64,000 bases of DNA from sequence record MT446411.1, one strand, 5' to 3'. This document shows, in pieces, positions 1 to 7,223 of this stretch. Numbering within the stretch: position 1 is the stretch's first letter; each line of letters opens with the position of its first letter. Below the pieces are notes generated by a model. That model did not search any database. It was given only the letters and a program-made list of their open reading frames with translations, and had not been told where the DNA came from. Made by a program: the position numbers and the translations under genes. This DNA is from Escherichia virus TH40.

Positions 1-70
1 CATTTTGTACGTTATGTGCAAAACCACCTACTGCACGAGCTTGACTATTAAAAGTTTTAGGACCGTTCAT
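1..70 (-). CDS. hypothetical protein, N-terminal fragment (gene continues beyond window start)
   Basis: ATG at 68-70 on reverse strand preceded by GAGGAAAATATT RBS and an early-type promoter (98-127); reading frame open to position 1. Confidence 0.3.
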   Translation of the reverse strand, partial: MNGPKTFNSQARAVGGFAHNVQN

Positions 71-97
71 AATATTTTCCTCATTGATTGTGGGACC

Positions 98-127
98 ATT
101 ATGTCATAGCCCCATTTGGTTGTACAC
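98..127 (-). promoter_or_regulatory. early sigma70-type promoter (-35 GTGTAC, 18-nt spacer, -10 CATAAT)
   Basis: Reverse-strand reading GTGTAC-N18-CATAAT followed by RBS and ATG at 70. Confidence 0.45.
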
Positions 128-129
128 AC

Positions 130-1089
130 TTATTTTGAAAAAGGACGAATTAAATGTTGGTTAGCCTTGAAACGTTTAACATAGTCTTCGCGACCCAGGG
201 TGTTGTACATATTCACTACTTCCTGGTAATGTTCCCAGGCATACTCACGAAACCATCCAGAAGTAATGGAGGTGCAGACTTTTTCCAGAGCAATATGGAA
301 GCTCACGGATGGAGAGATACTAAACTCGTTAGGAACCTGCGAACGCTCCAGAGCGAGCACACATGCTTCTTCATAAACCCCTGCCAGTTTAATAACATCA
401 GGGAGTGCTTCAAATTTTTCACGCGAGGTCATGACTTCCGAATCATCCTTCATATAGAACTTATATGCAGGCTTATCAGCAAGCGCCACGGCCTCGTGGA
501 TGGAGTCATGGTCAAGGGTATAGATTGTATCATTAAAGAAAGTTTTCTTGCCCACGTCTAGTTTAGGGTGGCTATATGACAGTGTTTCTGCCTGACGTTG
601 TAACATAATTTTCTGCAGTTCATCATTAAGAACAACACCCTTATTACGAAGGTAATTAATATGGCTCATGGTCTTCAGGAAGAATGGATTGTTCTTCAGG
701 TAACGATGAGACAATTTAATTGCCAGACAAATATCAGGGGTCGCCCAATAGAAACCTGTAAGACGGTCTTTCTTAATATGATTTTCAGCGTATTTCAAGA
801 GACGATAACTTGAGGTGAAATCTTCATCTTGAAGCTCACCAGTAATTTCTCGTACGTTGGTCAGGGCACGGACAATATAAGCTTCAAAATAGGTTTCTTT
901 GCCATTGTACATACATTTAAAAGCTTGGACATCAGGGTTATCCACAGGAACATGAGCACCGAACATACGTGCTTTAAAGTGGTTCCATGAGCCCTGGTCA
1001 GCGATGAAGTCCCAATCAGAGTTTTCAATTTTCTGACTTTCAATCAGACCAGCGTTATGTAATGCACGAGAACCAATAACTAACATCAT
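130..1089 (-). CDS. hypothetical protein (320 aa), N-terminal GS...DxD motif reminiscent of Pol-beta-type nucleotidyltransferase
   Basis: Long reverse ORF 130..1140; start moved to internal ATG-ATG at 1089 which has GAGGAAAATATT RBS; N-terminus MMLVIGSRALHNAG...DWDFIAD. Confidence 0.5.
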   Translation of the reverse strand: MMLVIGSRALHNAGLIESQKIENSDWDFIADQGSWNHFKARMFGAHVPVDNPDVQAFKCMYNGKETYFEAYIVRALTNVREITGELQDEDFTSSYRLLKYAENHIKKDRLTGFYWATPDICLAIKLSHRYLKNNPFFLKTMSHINYLRNKGVVLNDELQKIMLQRQAETLSYSHPKLDVGKKTFFNDTIYTLDHDSIHEAVALADKPAYKFYMKDDSEVMTSREKFEALPDVIKLAGVYEEACVLALERSQVPNEFSISPSVSFHIALEKVCTSITSGWFREYAWEHYQEVVNMYNTLGREDYVKRFKANQHLIRPFSK

Positions 1090-1108
1090 AATATTTTCCT
1101 CAGATAAC

Positions 1109-1339
1109 TTAAATTTCAGCAGCAGAGATATTAGATTCATCTATCATCTCGGAGGCGGACCCCTTAACGATAGGAACCAATTTGCCATAGAGGTCTTCAT
1201 TATAAGGGTCGTTGATACAGTGCGCATCTTCAAAACGAACACCGTAATCAGACTTCTTATAAACGAGACCGTAAATCTTTGTAAACTTAGCGCGACTAAT
1301 TTTTACGGGCTCATCAGCCATTGGAGCATAATACCACAT
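1109..1339 (-). CDS. hypothetical small protein (76 aa)
   Basis: Reverse ORF with GAGGAAAATATT RBS, early-type promoter upstream at 1368-1397. Confidence 0.45.
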   Translation of the reverse strand: MWYYAPMADEPVKISRAKFTKIYGLVYKKSDYGVRFEDAHCINDPYNEDLYGKLVPIVKGSASEMIDESNISAAEI

Positions 1340-1367
1340 AATATTTTCCTCATTAGTTGACGAGATA

Positions 1368-1397
1368 ATGATACTACGTTTCTTTAGGCTTGTACAC
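1368..1397 (-). promoter_or_regulatory. early sigma70-type promoter (-35 GTGTAC, -10 TATCAT)
   Basis: GTGTAC-N18-TATCAT on reverse strand upstream of 1109..1339. Confidence 0.4.
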
Positions 1398-1442
1398 TAA
1401 ATTTCTGCGCATAAGTCCTCCTATCACATCCTTGTGATTAAA

Positions 1443-1670
1443 TTATTTTCCTAACGAAATACGAGTAGGTTTTTTACCGAAATATTCTTCATAGGAACCA
1501 TCTAAACGGCCCGCTTTAGACCGACAGTACGAATCATACTTTTTGTAATAAGTCAACTCTGTATTGTAACGTGGATGTCTATCAGCCATAATAATACTTA
1601 ACGGCCAACCTTTGGCGTAATCACGAAGACCATTTATTTTACGAATATATCTTTTCTTTAATTTTAACAT
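1443..1670 (-). CDS. hypothetical basic small protein (75 aa)
   Basis: Reverse ORF in co-oriented array; start overlaps upstream gene stop. Confidence 0.4.
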   Translation of the reverse strand: MLKLKKRYIRKINGLRDYAKGWPLSIIMADRHPRYNTELTYYKKYDSYCRSKAGRLDGSYEEYFGKKPTRISLGK

Positions 1671-1888
1671 GAGCTCGGATACCAGATTTTACCATCCGGG
1701 TGAGCAACAAAGGTGCGTCCAGCTTCTTCACCATAACAAGAGCTATTCAACCAGTCTTCAAGACGAACTTCACCATCATAATCGTCGAGCTCAATACCGA
1801 AATCTTGGGCAGAAGCCATATCTTTAACTTTCTTATACAGCGCAGCCAGTTCAAGAGCTGCTTTTTCTAATTCATTAATATCAGACAT
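1664..1888 (-). CDS. small acidic protein, diverged member of tandem paralogue family (C-terminus ...WYPSSC)
   Basis: Reverse ORF; N-terminal helical segment and C-terminal Ser-rich Cys end resemble the three neighbouring paralogues. Confidence 0.5.
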   Translation of the reverse strand: MSDINELEKAALELAALYKKVKDMASAQDFGIELDDYDGEVRLEDWLNSSCYGEEAGRTFVAHPDGKIWYPSSC

Positions 1889-1897
1889 TTTTATTCC

Positions 1898-2095
1898 TTA
1901 GCATTCGTAAGAGGAGGACACCCAAGAGGTACCACTAATAGTAATACAACCGTTATAAAGCGTGATATGTCGTTCTAGGTCACGAACACCGTCGATATAG
2001 ATATCAGCTTCTTCTCGTTCTTCTTTACAAATCTGGATAACGTTTTCAATAGCTGCGGCTGCAGTACGGATTGCACAATCTAATTCACGAGACAT
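1898..2095 (-). CDS. small protein, tandem paralogue family member (C-terminus SWVSSSYEC)
   Basis: Reverse ORF; 3' end DNA near-identical to 2105 and 2396 genes (plus strand ...AGAGGAGGACACCCA...). Confidence 0.55.
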   Translation of the reverse strand: MSRELDCAIRTAAAAIENVIQICKEEREEADIYIDGVRDLERHITLYNGCITISGTSWVSSSYEC

Positions 2096-2104
2096 AATAA
2101 TTCC

Positions 2105-2386
2105 TTAACATTCAGAAGAGGAGGACACCCAACCACCTTTTTCCAGGTCAGTTGTATAGTCATGTTGGTTAACGATAGCGTATTGGGCTTCACCGTAGTT
2201 TTCCCAATGAGCAAGGTCAGCTTTCAGGGCGCCAGGAGAATAATAGTCACCGCCCATACCGCGAGCAGGGTATATATTAAAATGAGTCTCATATTTGTTT
2301 GCAATTTCCTCGGCACGACGAATAGCTTTATGGATATCATTTACTGCGTTGGCCAGTTCTTTATTTTTACTGTAATCGTTCATCAT
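2105..2386 (-). CDS. small protein, tandem paralogue family member (C-terminus GWVSSSSEC)
   Basis: Reverse ORF; conserved C-terminal motif and conserved 3' DNA. Confidence 0.55.
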   Translation of the reverse strand: MMNDYSKNKELANAVNDIHKAIRRAEEIANKYETHFNIYPARGMGGDYYSPGALKADLAHWENYGEAQYAIVNQHDYTTDLEKGGWVSSSSEC

Positions 2387-2395
2387 ACCATTTCC

Positions 2396-2686
2396 TTAAC
2401 ACATCTCAGAAGAGGAGACCCAAGCACCAACGGTAACAACACCATTTTCAACCCGACCGCCATTGGCTTCAATATGATGGGTAAACCATTCAGAGCATTC
2501 ATAACCAACTGGATGATATGTACGGCCGGTGCCGTAATCACCAGTGCTGAATTCGATACCATATTCATCTGCGATTTCTTCACAGTGTTTTTCAATTTCA
2601 GAGGTCTTATTTAGAAGAGAATAGATAGCTTTTTCTGCAGATTTCTCATCATAATACTTGGGGATAGCAATTTCAATTTTATTCAT
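2396..2686 (-). CDS. small protein, tandem paralogue family member (C-terminus AWVSSSEMC)
   Basis: Reverse ORF; conserved C-terminal motif and conserved 3' DNA. Confidence 0.55.
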   Translation of the reverse strand: MNKIEIAIPKYYDEKSAEKAIYSLLNKTSEIEKHCEEIADEYGIEFSTGDYGTGRTYHPVGYECSEWFTHHIEANGGRVENGVVTVGAWVSSSEMC

Positions 2687-3036
2687 GATTTACATTCCTT
2701 AATAAAGGTTTCAAGGTCATTACGTTTTGTTTTGTCTAGGAACTTATTATACTCAGCCATTGCTGAAGCATATCTCTTATATATGGGAGCATTCAAGGCG
2801 TTTGTATAACAGATATCATACACAACCGGGATAAAATAGGCCACAACAGCCGGAGCAATTATCATAAAGAAGCCCATCTCAATAGGCATGACTCCCTCGA
2901 TTGCAGCCATAACCGTGGTCATTACCAGACCAACCAGACCACCGAGCATGGCAGTGACAATCCCTAATAATAAATTGGCACCAATATCATATTCAGCCAA
3001 TTGATAAACATGTGATGCAAGACTAGGCCGTTCCAT
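2683..3036 (-). CDS. small membrane protein (two predicted TM helices)
   Basis: Reverse ORF; start set at internal ATG 3036 with AAGGAGG RBS; hydrophobic stretches LLLGIVTAMLGGLVGLVMTTVMAAI and FFMIIAPAVVAYFIPVV. Confidence 0.5.
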   Translation of the reverse strand: MERPSLASHVYQLAEYDIGANLLLGIVTAMLGGLVGLVMTTVMAAIEGVMPIEMGFFMIIAPAVVAYFIPVVYDICYTNALNAPIYKRYASAMAEYNKFLDKTKRNDLETFIKECKS

Positions 3037-3400
3037 TACGAACCTCCTTAATAAATTCTTCGGCACATTTAATTTTGTGCTCTTCTTGTAGGGAAACACA
3101 TTTTTGTTCCCACTCTTTAACTCGTCCACGATATCCTTTATTCATATGATTTTGATGCCACACATTTATCAATATCATACACAAGACCGTAATAAAAGGA
3201 GCGGCGATTATTAGTGCCCAGGCAACTCCAACACTAATGATATCCATATCCCCACAAAGCACCATCATTATAACCCCAACAATGCATATAGACAGAGCCC
3301 CAAATGGAGGCATAAGGTCTTTATCAATTTTGTCTGCGTATACAAATTTTTCTGGTTTACTTGGTAGATATAGCGTTCGCATTTTGAGCCCCTTTAGCAT
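3023..3400 (-). CDS. small membrane protein (two predicted TM helices)
   Basis: Reverse ORF; likely start at 3400 or 3382 (AAGGGG RBS); hydrophobic segments ICIVGVIMMVLCG and AWALIIAAPFITVLCMILI. Confidence 0.45.
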   Translation of the reverse strand: MLKGLKMRTLYLPSKPEKFVYADKIDKDLMPPFGALSICIVGVIMMVLCGDMDIISVGVAWALIIAAPFITVLCMILINVWHQNHMNKGYRGRVKEWEQKCVSLQEEHKIKCAEEFIKEVRNGTA

Positions 3401-3911
3401 ATTCACGACATTCAGTAATAAAACGATTAAGCTTCCGTTGTTGTTTACGACTCTCTGATGTGTATTCAGCCGCCAAATCAAGAAGTTCAGCTTTATCATA
3501 ATTTTTAATATCAGCATAAGCTGGACGACGGTCAACCATTCCAAAGTGGTCACCATTTTCTAACATCAAATAACATACCAAATGGTCATCATCATCCGCA
3601 TCAATAAGTCGTTTATAATCGCTTGGGTCGTTTAATGCATACACTGAATAACGTAGTCCAGCGAATTCCACTCGTTGGATACCCAGATTTACGTCAATAA
3701 TTTCCAAGGCATCTGCAAAAGAAAGGTCTTCAGCTAAAGCAAAAATAAAAGGCAATTTTGTAGTATCACCACGGCTAGTTGTTCTTCTTAAGAAATCATT
3801 GGAATAACCTAGGTCACCACGGATTCTATAAAGAACTGTATTAGTTTCAGTGGCAAGACCACTACCGCCAAACCATTCTACATTTGATATAAGATTATCG
3901 TATGAAGTCAT
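3357..3911 (-). CDS. hypothetical protein (184 aa)
   Basis: Reverse ORF; start at 3911 with GGAGAGGAG RBS; hairpin 3921-3949 upstream. Confidence 0.5.
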   Translation of the reverse strand: MTSYDNLISNVEWFGGSGLATETNTVLYRIRGDLGYSNDFLRRTTSRGDTTKLPFIFALAEDLSFADALEIIDVNLGIQRVEFAGLRYSVYALNDPSDYKRLIDADDDDHLVCYLMLENGDHFGMVDRRPAYADIKNYDKAELLDLAAEYTSESRKQQRKLNRFITECREYAKGAQNANAISTK

Positions 3912-3920
3912 AATATTCTC

Positions 3921-3949
3921 CTCTCCCAATTAAGGGGGCAAAGCCCCCT
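3921..3949. terminator. GC hairpin GGGGGC-AAA-GCCCCC with T-run (plus-strand orientation)
   Basis: Stem-loop followed by TTTTAT on plus strand. Confidence 0.4.
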
Positions 3950-3955
3950 TTTATC

Positions 3956-4549
3956 TTACTTAAGTGAATTGATGTATTCTTCAATGTCAGCGGATGTGGT
4001 ATCCACACCGACCTGCGGGCCTTTGAAGGTTTCAACACGCATCAGAGTGTCTTCAATATCAATCTTAGTCAATGCAGCGATTTCAACAACATCATCTGCA
4101 GTCGCAATACCCAGGGCAGATACCTTACGAGTTTCGCGGATGTATTCCAGTTTAACAGCTAGTTCCTGACGAGAATCATCCAGCTCTTTAACTTTCAATT
4201 TAATTTCATTACGCATTTCAACATAATCATCTGCCTTCTTACGAAGTTGTTTAGCAGTGCGACGATACAGAAGACCCAGTTTAGCATGGACTTGCACATC
4301 TGCTCCATCAGCAATCAGTTTACGGATTTCACGCTCTTTTGAAGCAGCGAGCTGGTCTTTTTCATTCGCTAACTCGCGGATGCGTTTTTCTTCATTAACA
4401 GACTTAACGTGGGCAGTCTGGAGCTCAGTAATCTTGTCAATCAGGGTAGAAGCCGCTTTGGTATACTGGTCTTCAATAGACAGGTTTTGTGCCATTGCAG
4501 TACCCAGTTTGGAGCGGATGAATTCAACAAGTTTCTTTAAAGTATTCAT
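3956..4549 (-). CDS. hypothetical coiled-coil protein (197 aa)
   Basis: Reverse ORF rich in heptad-like charged/hydrophobic pattern; early-type promoter at 4592-4621. Confidence 0.55.
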   Translation of the reverse strand: MNTLKKLVEFIRSKLGTAMAQNLSIEDQYTKAASTLIDKITELQTAHVKSVNEEKRIRELANEKDQLAASKEREIRKLIADGADVQVHAKLGLLYRRTAKQLRKKADDYVEMRNEIKLKVKELDDSRQELAVKLEYIRETRKVSALGIATADDVVEIAALTKIDIEDTLMRVETFKGPQVGVDTTSADIEEYINSLK

Positions 4550-4591
4550 GGTATTTCCTTCAGTTGGTTAATGTTTTATTATCCAGGGAAC

Positions 4592-4621
4592 ATACTATCA
4601 TGTTCCCGTTAAAGCGTACAC
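4592..4621 (-). promoter_or_regulatory. early promoter (-35 GTGTAC, -10 TAGTAT) with -10 embedded in palindrome GGGAACAT...ATGTTCCC
   Basis: GTGTAC-N18-TAGTAT on reverse strand; 22-bp inverted repeat 4586-4607. Confidence 0.45.
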
Positions 4622-4625
4622 TGAT

Positions 4626-4931
4626 TTAGATTTTATTTTCCTGCACACCATAATACAGTTCATCAGATACAATATTCAGGATGTGGCGAACATATTCATC
4701 ATGGTATTGACAGTCAAAATCAAATGCAACAGTAGTTTCCGCTTCACGAGTGAATTTAACTTGCACATTCAGGTGATTAGTAACGTGAGTTAATTTATCA
4801 GTAAAGAACTCTTTTGCTACCGCCTGCTGGACTTGCACTTTGAACTTGGTGTTGCGAATCATATTTTCAGCAGATGCGAAATTACCAGTTTTATCAAAGT
4901 CAACAAGCGCCAGGTTGATGATGAATTTCAT
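4626..4931 (-). CDS. hypothetical protein (101 aa)
   Basis: Reverse ORF with GGAGAA RBS and early-type promoter at 4971-5000. Confidence 0.5.
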   Translation of the reverse strand: MKFIINLALVDFDKTGNFASAENMIRNTKFKVQVQQAVAKEFFTDKLTHVTNHLNVQVKFTREAETTVAFDFDCQYHDEYVRHILNIVSDELYYGVQENKI

Positions 4932-4970
4932 TTTATTCTCCAGTTTTATTTGGTAACTCAGTATGGAATC

Positions 4971-5000
4971 ATTATGCCTTAAAGCAGGGGGCTTGTATAC
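4971..5000 (-). promoter_or_regulatory. early promoter (-35 GTATAC, -10 CATAAT) with conserved leader CCATACTGAGTTACC
   Basis: Reverse-strand GTATAC-N18-CATAAT; leader motif shared with 5486, 6003 and 43339 promoters. Confidence 0.5.
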
Positions 5001-5011
5001 CCCCTTTTGAA

Positions 5012-5443
5012 TTAAATTTCAAATTCTTTGCGGAAGTTGGAAGCATAAGATTGAACTGATGCTTTGTTGAATCCAAACTCACGCACAATCATATCAATAA
5101 CAGCTCTGCGAGCAGCACCATTAGACATATTAACAGTTTTGAACATATCATAGCATAAATCTTTGTTGCTCATACCGGAGCGTTTAGGTGCCTTACGCTC
5201 AGCTTTTGGTTCAGCTTTAGGAGTAGGTTTAACCTGTCCATCATTCAGACCTTTAAAAATTTTACCCGCCAGAGTTGCCAGTTTAGCAGCTTCGCCACGA
5301 GTGATACCAAATACTGCCGGGTTAAATGAAATACCTTCAGCTGTTAAACGTTTGAAGAACATACGCGCTGCGGATTGCGCTTCAGCTTCAGAAGAGTTGT
5401 TTAATGCCAGTTTAACGTACTTAATCAGTTTTGAAGTTTTCAT
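5012..5443 (-). CDS. hypothetical protein, paralogue A (C-terminal AARRAxID...VQSYASNFRK domain)
   Basis: Reverse ORF, start at internal ATG 5443; C-terminal 35 aa conserved with 5527..5952 product; promoter 5486-5514. Confidence 0.5.
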   Translation of the reverse strand: MKTSKLIKYVKLALNNSSEAEAQSAARMFFKRLTAEGISFNPAVFGITRGEAAKLATLAGKIFKGLNDGQVKPTPKAEPKAERKAPKRSGMSNKDLCYDMFKTVNMSNGAARRAVIDMIVREFGFNKASVQSYASNFRKEFEI

Positions 5444-5485
5444 TTTATTATCCCGTTTGTTTATTTGGTAACTCAGTATGGGATA

Positions 5486-5514
5486 ATTATACACTATCCC
5501 ACCTGGAAGTAAAA
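5486..5514 (-). promoter_or_regulatory. early promoter (-35 GTTTTAC, -10 TATAAT) with conserved leader
   Basis: Reverse-strand GTTTTAC-N17-TATAAT; -10 inside GGGATA...TATCCC palindrome. Confidence 0.5.
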
Positions 5515-5526
5515 CACTTTTCTCAA

Positions 5527-5952
5527 TTATTTTTGAGCTTTGCGGAAGTTAGAAGCATAAGACTGAACAACAGTCTTTTTGATATCATGGGTAGTAACCA
5601 GAACATCAATCAGAGCGCGGCGAGCTGCATTATCATTCATATCAATTTCTGCAAATGCCTGGAAGCAAATGTCACGGGCGTTACCAGATTTGGACTGGAT
5701 TTTTTCTTCTTTAACTTCTTCAATTGGGAATTCAATCATTTCAGCTTGGATTAATTCAATGATGGACTCTTTTGACTGTTTGGTGTTTACCTTCAGTTCA
5801 GAATTAAGGGACTTAGCGATGGCAACAATCTGGGTTGAAGTCAGATGGATAAGGGCATCTTCACGAATGCAGATTTCACATACTTCGTCAGCAACCATTT
5901 TGTTAGTGATGCGGGTAACAGAAAATGCAGAGGTCAGGGTCAGAAAGTTCAT
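5527..5952 (-). CDS. hypothetical protein, paralogue B (C-terminal AARRAxID...VQSYASNFRK domain)
   Basis: Reverse ORF with GGAGAA RBS; promoter 6003-6032. Confidence 0.5.
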   Translation of the reverse strand: MNFLTLTSAFSVTRITNKMVADEVCEICIREDALIHLTSTQIVAIAKSLNSELKVNTKQSKESIIELIQAEMIEFPIEEVKEEKIQSKSGNARDICFQAFAEIDMNDNAARRALIDVLVTTHDIKKTVVQSYASNFRKAQK

Positions 5953-6002
5953 TTTATTTCTCCAAAGTTTTTGTGATTCAGTGTGTAACTCAGTATGGAA
6001 TC

Positions 6003-6032
6003 ATTATGCACCCGGTCAATTCGGATGTACAC
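6003..6032 (-). promoter_or_regulatory. early promoter (-35 GTGTAC, -10 CATAAT) with conserved leader
   Basis: Reverse-strand GTGTAC-N18-CATAAT upstream of 5527..5952. Confidence 0.5.
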
Positions 6033-6079
6033 TACTTTTTGAAGAAATATTAAAAATAAACCCGCCGGAGCGGGTTTGA

Positions 6080-6634
6080 TTAGTTCTTATAAAAACGGAA
6101 GGGATTGATATGAAAGGCTAACATAGCTTTCGGGATAGGACGGGACAGAAGACTTTTTAGCTTCCAACCACAATACACGCGCAGATAAAAGGTGATTCCA
6201 CCAACTTTAAGATAAGGTACGGAAGCGAACACGCCCCATGCATTATCATTCCACATCCAGAGCCAGCCATGGTGAGCTTTATCCGGGGAGCCCGATTCAA
6301 CATCAGGATTACCTTTATAATGGAATTTAGAATCACAATCGCGGCCCAGCTTATGATAAGCAAAATTGTAGGCTTTGTTTCGCCAGAGCCAGGCCACTCG
6401 CTGGAAGTAAACGCCTAACGGCCATTTTCTGATTTTTTCCCAGCGTTTAACATGACCACGGTCGCCATCAATTGGGTTGTCGTATGTCATCATCCAGTCA
6501 AATCCAAACGGAAGCTTACCAGTCTTTTTGTTATGGAACGGCACTACAAATGGTGTAAGGATAACAGCCAGAATCATGGAGATAAAATCCAGTGGCACTA
6601 ACAGAATCCAGCTTAGATATTTTAAAAGTTTCAT
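6080..6634 (-). CDS. hypothetical protein with N-terminal membrane anchor, Trp-rich (184 aa)
   Basis: Reverse ORF; N-terminal hydrophobic helix; TATAAATA-like element and terminator hairpin upstream. Confidence 0.5.
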   Translation of the reverse strand: MKLLKYLSWILLVPLDFISMILAVILTPFVVPFHNKKTGKLPFGFDWMMTYDNPIDGDRGHVKRWEKIRKWPLGVYFQRVAWLWRNKAYNFAYHKLGRDCDSKFHYKGNPDVESGSPDKAHHGWLWMWNDNAWGVFASVPYLKVGGITFYLRVYCGWKLKSLLSRPIPKAMLAFHINPFRFYKN

Positions 6635-6668
6635 AAATTTCCTTAGTTATGGGTACGTTATATTTATA

Positions 6669-6695
6669 AAAAAGCCCCAACCTTTCGGAAGGGGC
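6669..6695 (-). terminator. hairpin AGCCCC...GGGGCT followed by T-run on reverse strand
   Basis: Stem plus TTTTTT downstream of 6734..7117 gene. Confidence 0.45.
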
Positions 6696-6733
6696 TATAC
6701 CTTGTCGGGGTTCCACCTGCAAGGCAAGTGTTC

Positions 6734-7117
6734 TTATCCGCGGGCGAATGCCATTGCAGCGCGTTCGTTGGCACGGTCAGTGATGTTCAAGAATTTATCA
6801 CGAGCGATTTCGATTGGAGCGCCAACCCAGTCAGCGGCTCCATTACCTGGAGATTGTTTAGGACGAACCATATAAGTTGAAACTTTGGAACCAGCTAGTT
6901 TAGCACCAGGTGCAGCGGCATTCTTAACGTCTTTAGCTTTGATACCAAAACCAGTTACAATGCCCCAAGAAACACCATTAACTGGTTTCTTGAACATAAC
7001 ACGGTCGCCAATTGAAACCCCAGCTTTTTCTGGAGCTACTAAAGAAAATTTACCGGCTTCAGTCAGTACGGATTCGGTGATGGTATTGCGATTTAAAAAT
7101 TCTGCATATGTAAGCAT
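6734..7117 (-). CDS. internal-protein-like protein with capsid targeting sequence-like N-terminus (MLTYAEFLNRNTITE)
   Basis: Reverse ORF; N-terminus resembles T4 IPI/IPII/IPIII capsid targeting sequence MKTYQEFIAE; TATAAATA late promoter at 7149-7156. Confidence 0.45.
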   Translation of the reverse strand: MLTYAEFLNRNTITESVLTEAGKFSLVAPEKAGVSIGDRVMFKKPVNGVSWGIVTGFGIKAKDVKNAAAPGAKLAGSKVSTYMVRPKQSPGNGAADWVGAPIEIARDKFLNITDRANERAAMAFARG

Positions 7118-7148
7118 TTTGTTTTTCCATTATTAGGGTTGTTGTTAA

Positions 7149-7156
7149 TATTTATA
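7149..7156 (-). promoter_or_regulatory. late promoter TATAAATA
   Basis: Exact TATAAATA on reverse strand about 30 nt upstream of 6734..7117 start. Confidence 0.45.
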
Positions 7157-7175
7157 TTCCATAGTACCGGATGCA

Positions 7176-7223
7176 CCACCCGCTCGGATTTCTCATACTA
7201 CCGGGCGCACCGCCCGCTCTGGA
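7176..7223. repeat. tandem direct repeat (about 24 bp x2) TACCGG(A/G)(T/C)GCACC(A/G)CCCGCTC(G/T)GGA, each forming a short GC hairpin
   Basis: Two adjacent near-identical units between the tRNA cluster and the 6734..7117 gene. Confidence 0.5.

Noticed and set aside
5579-6079. Plus-strand 166-aa ORF
   Set aside because: Antisense to the promoter-equipped reverse gene 5527..5952; no RBS or promoter in the plus orientation.
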